DNA from: Dehalococcoidia bacterium
Lineage (GTDB): Bacteria; Chloroflexota; Dehalococcoidia; UBA2979
Length of the DNA stretch: 64,000 bases
Direction: 5' to 3'
NCBI GenBank assembly: GCA_965247925.1
Contig: CBDFIB010000004.1
Span: forward strand, 1,701,697-1,765,696
Within the stretch, counting starts at the first letter, position 1. Each line of letters starts with the position of its first letter. The position numbers and the translations under genes are program-made. The notes beneath the pieces are model-generated. The model was not told the origin of the DNA. It worked only from the letters and a program-made list of their open reading frames with translations, and did no database searches. Below are positions 62,684 through 64,000 of the stretch, one piece after another.

Positions 62684-62865
62684 GCTGCTCACCGGGAGGT
62701 AACGAGTCCACGAGCCCGCTCGCAACGCGTGAAATCTTCCACTTGACGTTTCAGGAGCTTCGGTCGGACTTGCATCGGGCGCTCTGGATCCACGGGGCTG
62801 CGATCGTCGTGGCCCTGAGCGCCATCGCTGCCGTGGCGGTCGCCGCCGCCACGGCTGCCGGCTGA
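62680..62865 (+). pseudogene. Headless partial duplicate of the DUF1640-like gene
   Basis: TSPLATREIF...ELRSDLHRALWIHGAAIV aligns with TSPLVTRDIL...EFRSEMYRALWIQGAGVV. The N-terminal head is missing. Confidence 0.6.
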
Positions 62866-62932
62866 CTCGCCACCTCGCGTTGACCGTCGCCGCGCCCGTG
62901 CCTACGCTCGCCGCGCTGCAAGGAGGCGACGC

Positions 62933-64000
62933 GTGGACTTCGAACCTGCCTACACGCCGGAGCAGCGCGCCTTCCGCACCGAGGTGCGCGAGTGGCTCGA
63001 TGAGCACGTCCCGAAGGTCGAGGGCGACCAGGACTCGGACGAGAACTACGGGAAGTACCGCCAGCTCGGACGCGACCTCGGCGGGCAAGGCTGGCTGCGC
63101 CCGACCGCGCCGCTCGAGTACGGCGGCGGCGGACTCTCCGTCGACCACGCGATCGTGCTCGCCGAGGAGATGGACCGCCACGACCTGACGAGCCCGCCCT
63201 ACTACGACAGCGGCGGCAGCCTCGGCGGCGCGAGCATCCTCGTCTGGGGCAGCGAGGAGCAGAAGCGCCGCCTGCTGCCCCCGATCTTCCGTGGCGAGAC
63301 CGTCACCTGGCAGCTGCTGACCGGCCCCGAGGCCGGCTCCGACCTCGCCTCGACCGAGACCGACGCCGTGCGCGACGGCGACGAGTACGTGATCAACGGC
63401 ACCAAGATCTTCATCGGCGGCTCGCACGGGGCCGACTCGTTCTGGACGATCGTGCGCACCGACCCCGAAGGGGCGCGCCACCAGAACGTGAGCTGGTTCA
63501 TGATCCCCTCGGATCTGCCGGGCATCACCGTCGAGCGCATGTACCTGCTCAGCGACGGCCGCGAGGGCATCGGCCGCGGCTACAAGAACACGATCTACTT
63601 CGACAACGTGCGCGTCCCCGCGGAGAACCTCGTCGGCGGCGAGAACAACGGCTGGCGGGTCGCAAGCACCCACCTCGAGCTGGAGCACGGCTCGGGAGGG
63701 CGCATCGCGCGCAACGTCTGGTTCGAGCGCACGCGCGATCGCCTGCGCTCGCTGCCCGCGAACGGCGCACACCCGCTCGAGGACGACGAGACGCGCGGGC
63801 TGCTCGCCGATCTGTTCATGGAGACCGAGGTGCAGCGGCTGTTCGAGCTGCGCAACTTCTGGATGAACCGCACCCACCAGGAGATGAGCTACGAGGGTCC
63901 GCAGGCCTCGTACTACCGCAAGATGAGCGGCCTCCGCGCCTCGCAGATCATGCTCGAGCTGCTCGGCCCCTACGCGCTGCTCGACGACGCCGAGTTCGAC
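62933..64000 (+). CDS. Acyl-CoA dehydrogenase family protein (3'-truncated by window edge)
   Basis: The GTG follows AAGGAGG. It reads MDFEPAYTPEQRAFRTEVREWL, EYGGGG, GSEEQKRRLLP.I..G, QLLTGPEAGSDLAS, YVINGTKIF, FDNVRVP.ENLVGGENNGW. The frame is open to the window end and absent from the ORF track. Confidence 0.9.
   Translation, partial: MDFEPAYTPEQRAFRTEVREWLDEHVPKVEGDQDSDENYGKYRQLGRDLGGQGWLRPTAPLEYGGGGLSVDHAIVLAEEMDRHDLTSPPYYDSGGSLGGASILVWGSEEQKRRLLPPIFRGETVTWQLLTGPEAGSDLASTETDAVRDGDEYVINGTKIFIGGSHGADSFWTIVRTDPEGARHQNVSWFMIPSDLPGITVERMYLLSDGREGIGRGYKNTIYFDNVRVPAENLVGGENNGWRVASTHLELEHGSGGRIARNVWFERTRDRLRSLPANGAHPLEDDETRGLLADLFMETEVQRLFELRNFWMNRTHQEMSYEGPQASYYRKMSGLRASQIMLELLGPYALLDDAEFD

Overview
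A high-GC (roughly 70% or more by eye) bacterial chromosomal segment, most consistent with Chloroflexota/Dehalococcoidia. This is inferred from the DUF2298 + TIGR03663-type glycosylation cluster, the orphan NuoEF module and the paralog-rich catabolic genes. Ni-SOD, RCC1-like repeats, an FN3 protein and a DUF1640-like protein suggest a marine, possibly host-associated lineage. Core genes are ispE, dinG, a tRNA nucleotidyltransferase, rnc-smc-ftsY, mutS-mutL and xth. The window also holds a TPP-riboswitch-controlled thiamine-precursor ABC operon, sodN-sodX and many catabolic enzymes. The most notable structure is at 29778-31419. A 151-bp MITE (19-bp terminal inverted repeats, CTAG target duplication) has an IS110-family, IS1111-type element inserted in its right terminal repeat. 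The non-coding region downstream of that transposase can be folded by eye into a bridge/seek-type RNA. Its first loop carries guides matching the 14-nt MITE-end target (CAGGCTG-CT-GAAAA) and its second loop matches the element's own circle junction, so this looks like an RNA-programmed recombinase aimed at another mobile element. Other items of note: an IS256 splitting a 12-repeat RCC1-like gene right after repeat 7; a tandem pair of PHD-finger-like Cys/His proteins; single-base lesions in cca, vapC and a CocE hydrolase; and a decayed accessory patch at about 23.8-25.7 kb. No tRNA, rRNA or CRISPR array was recognised. All calls come from reading motifs by eye; no database searches or folding programs were run.
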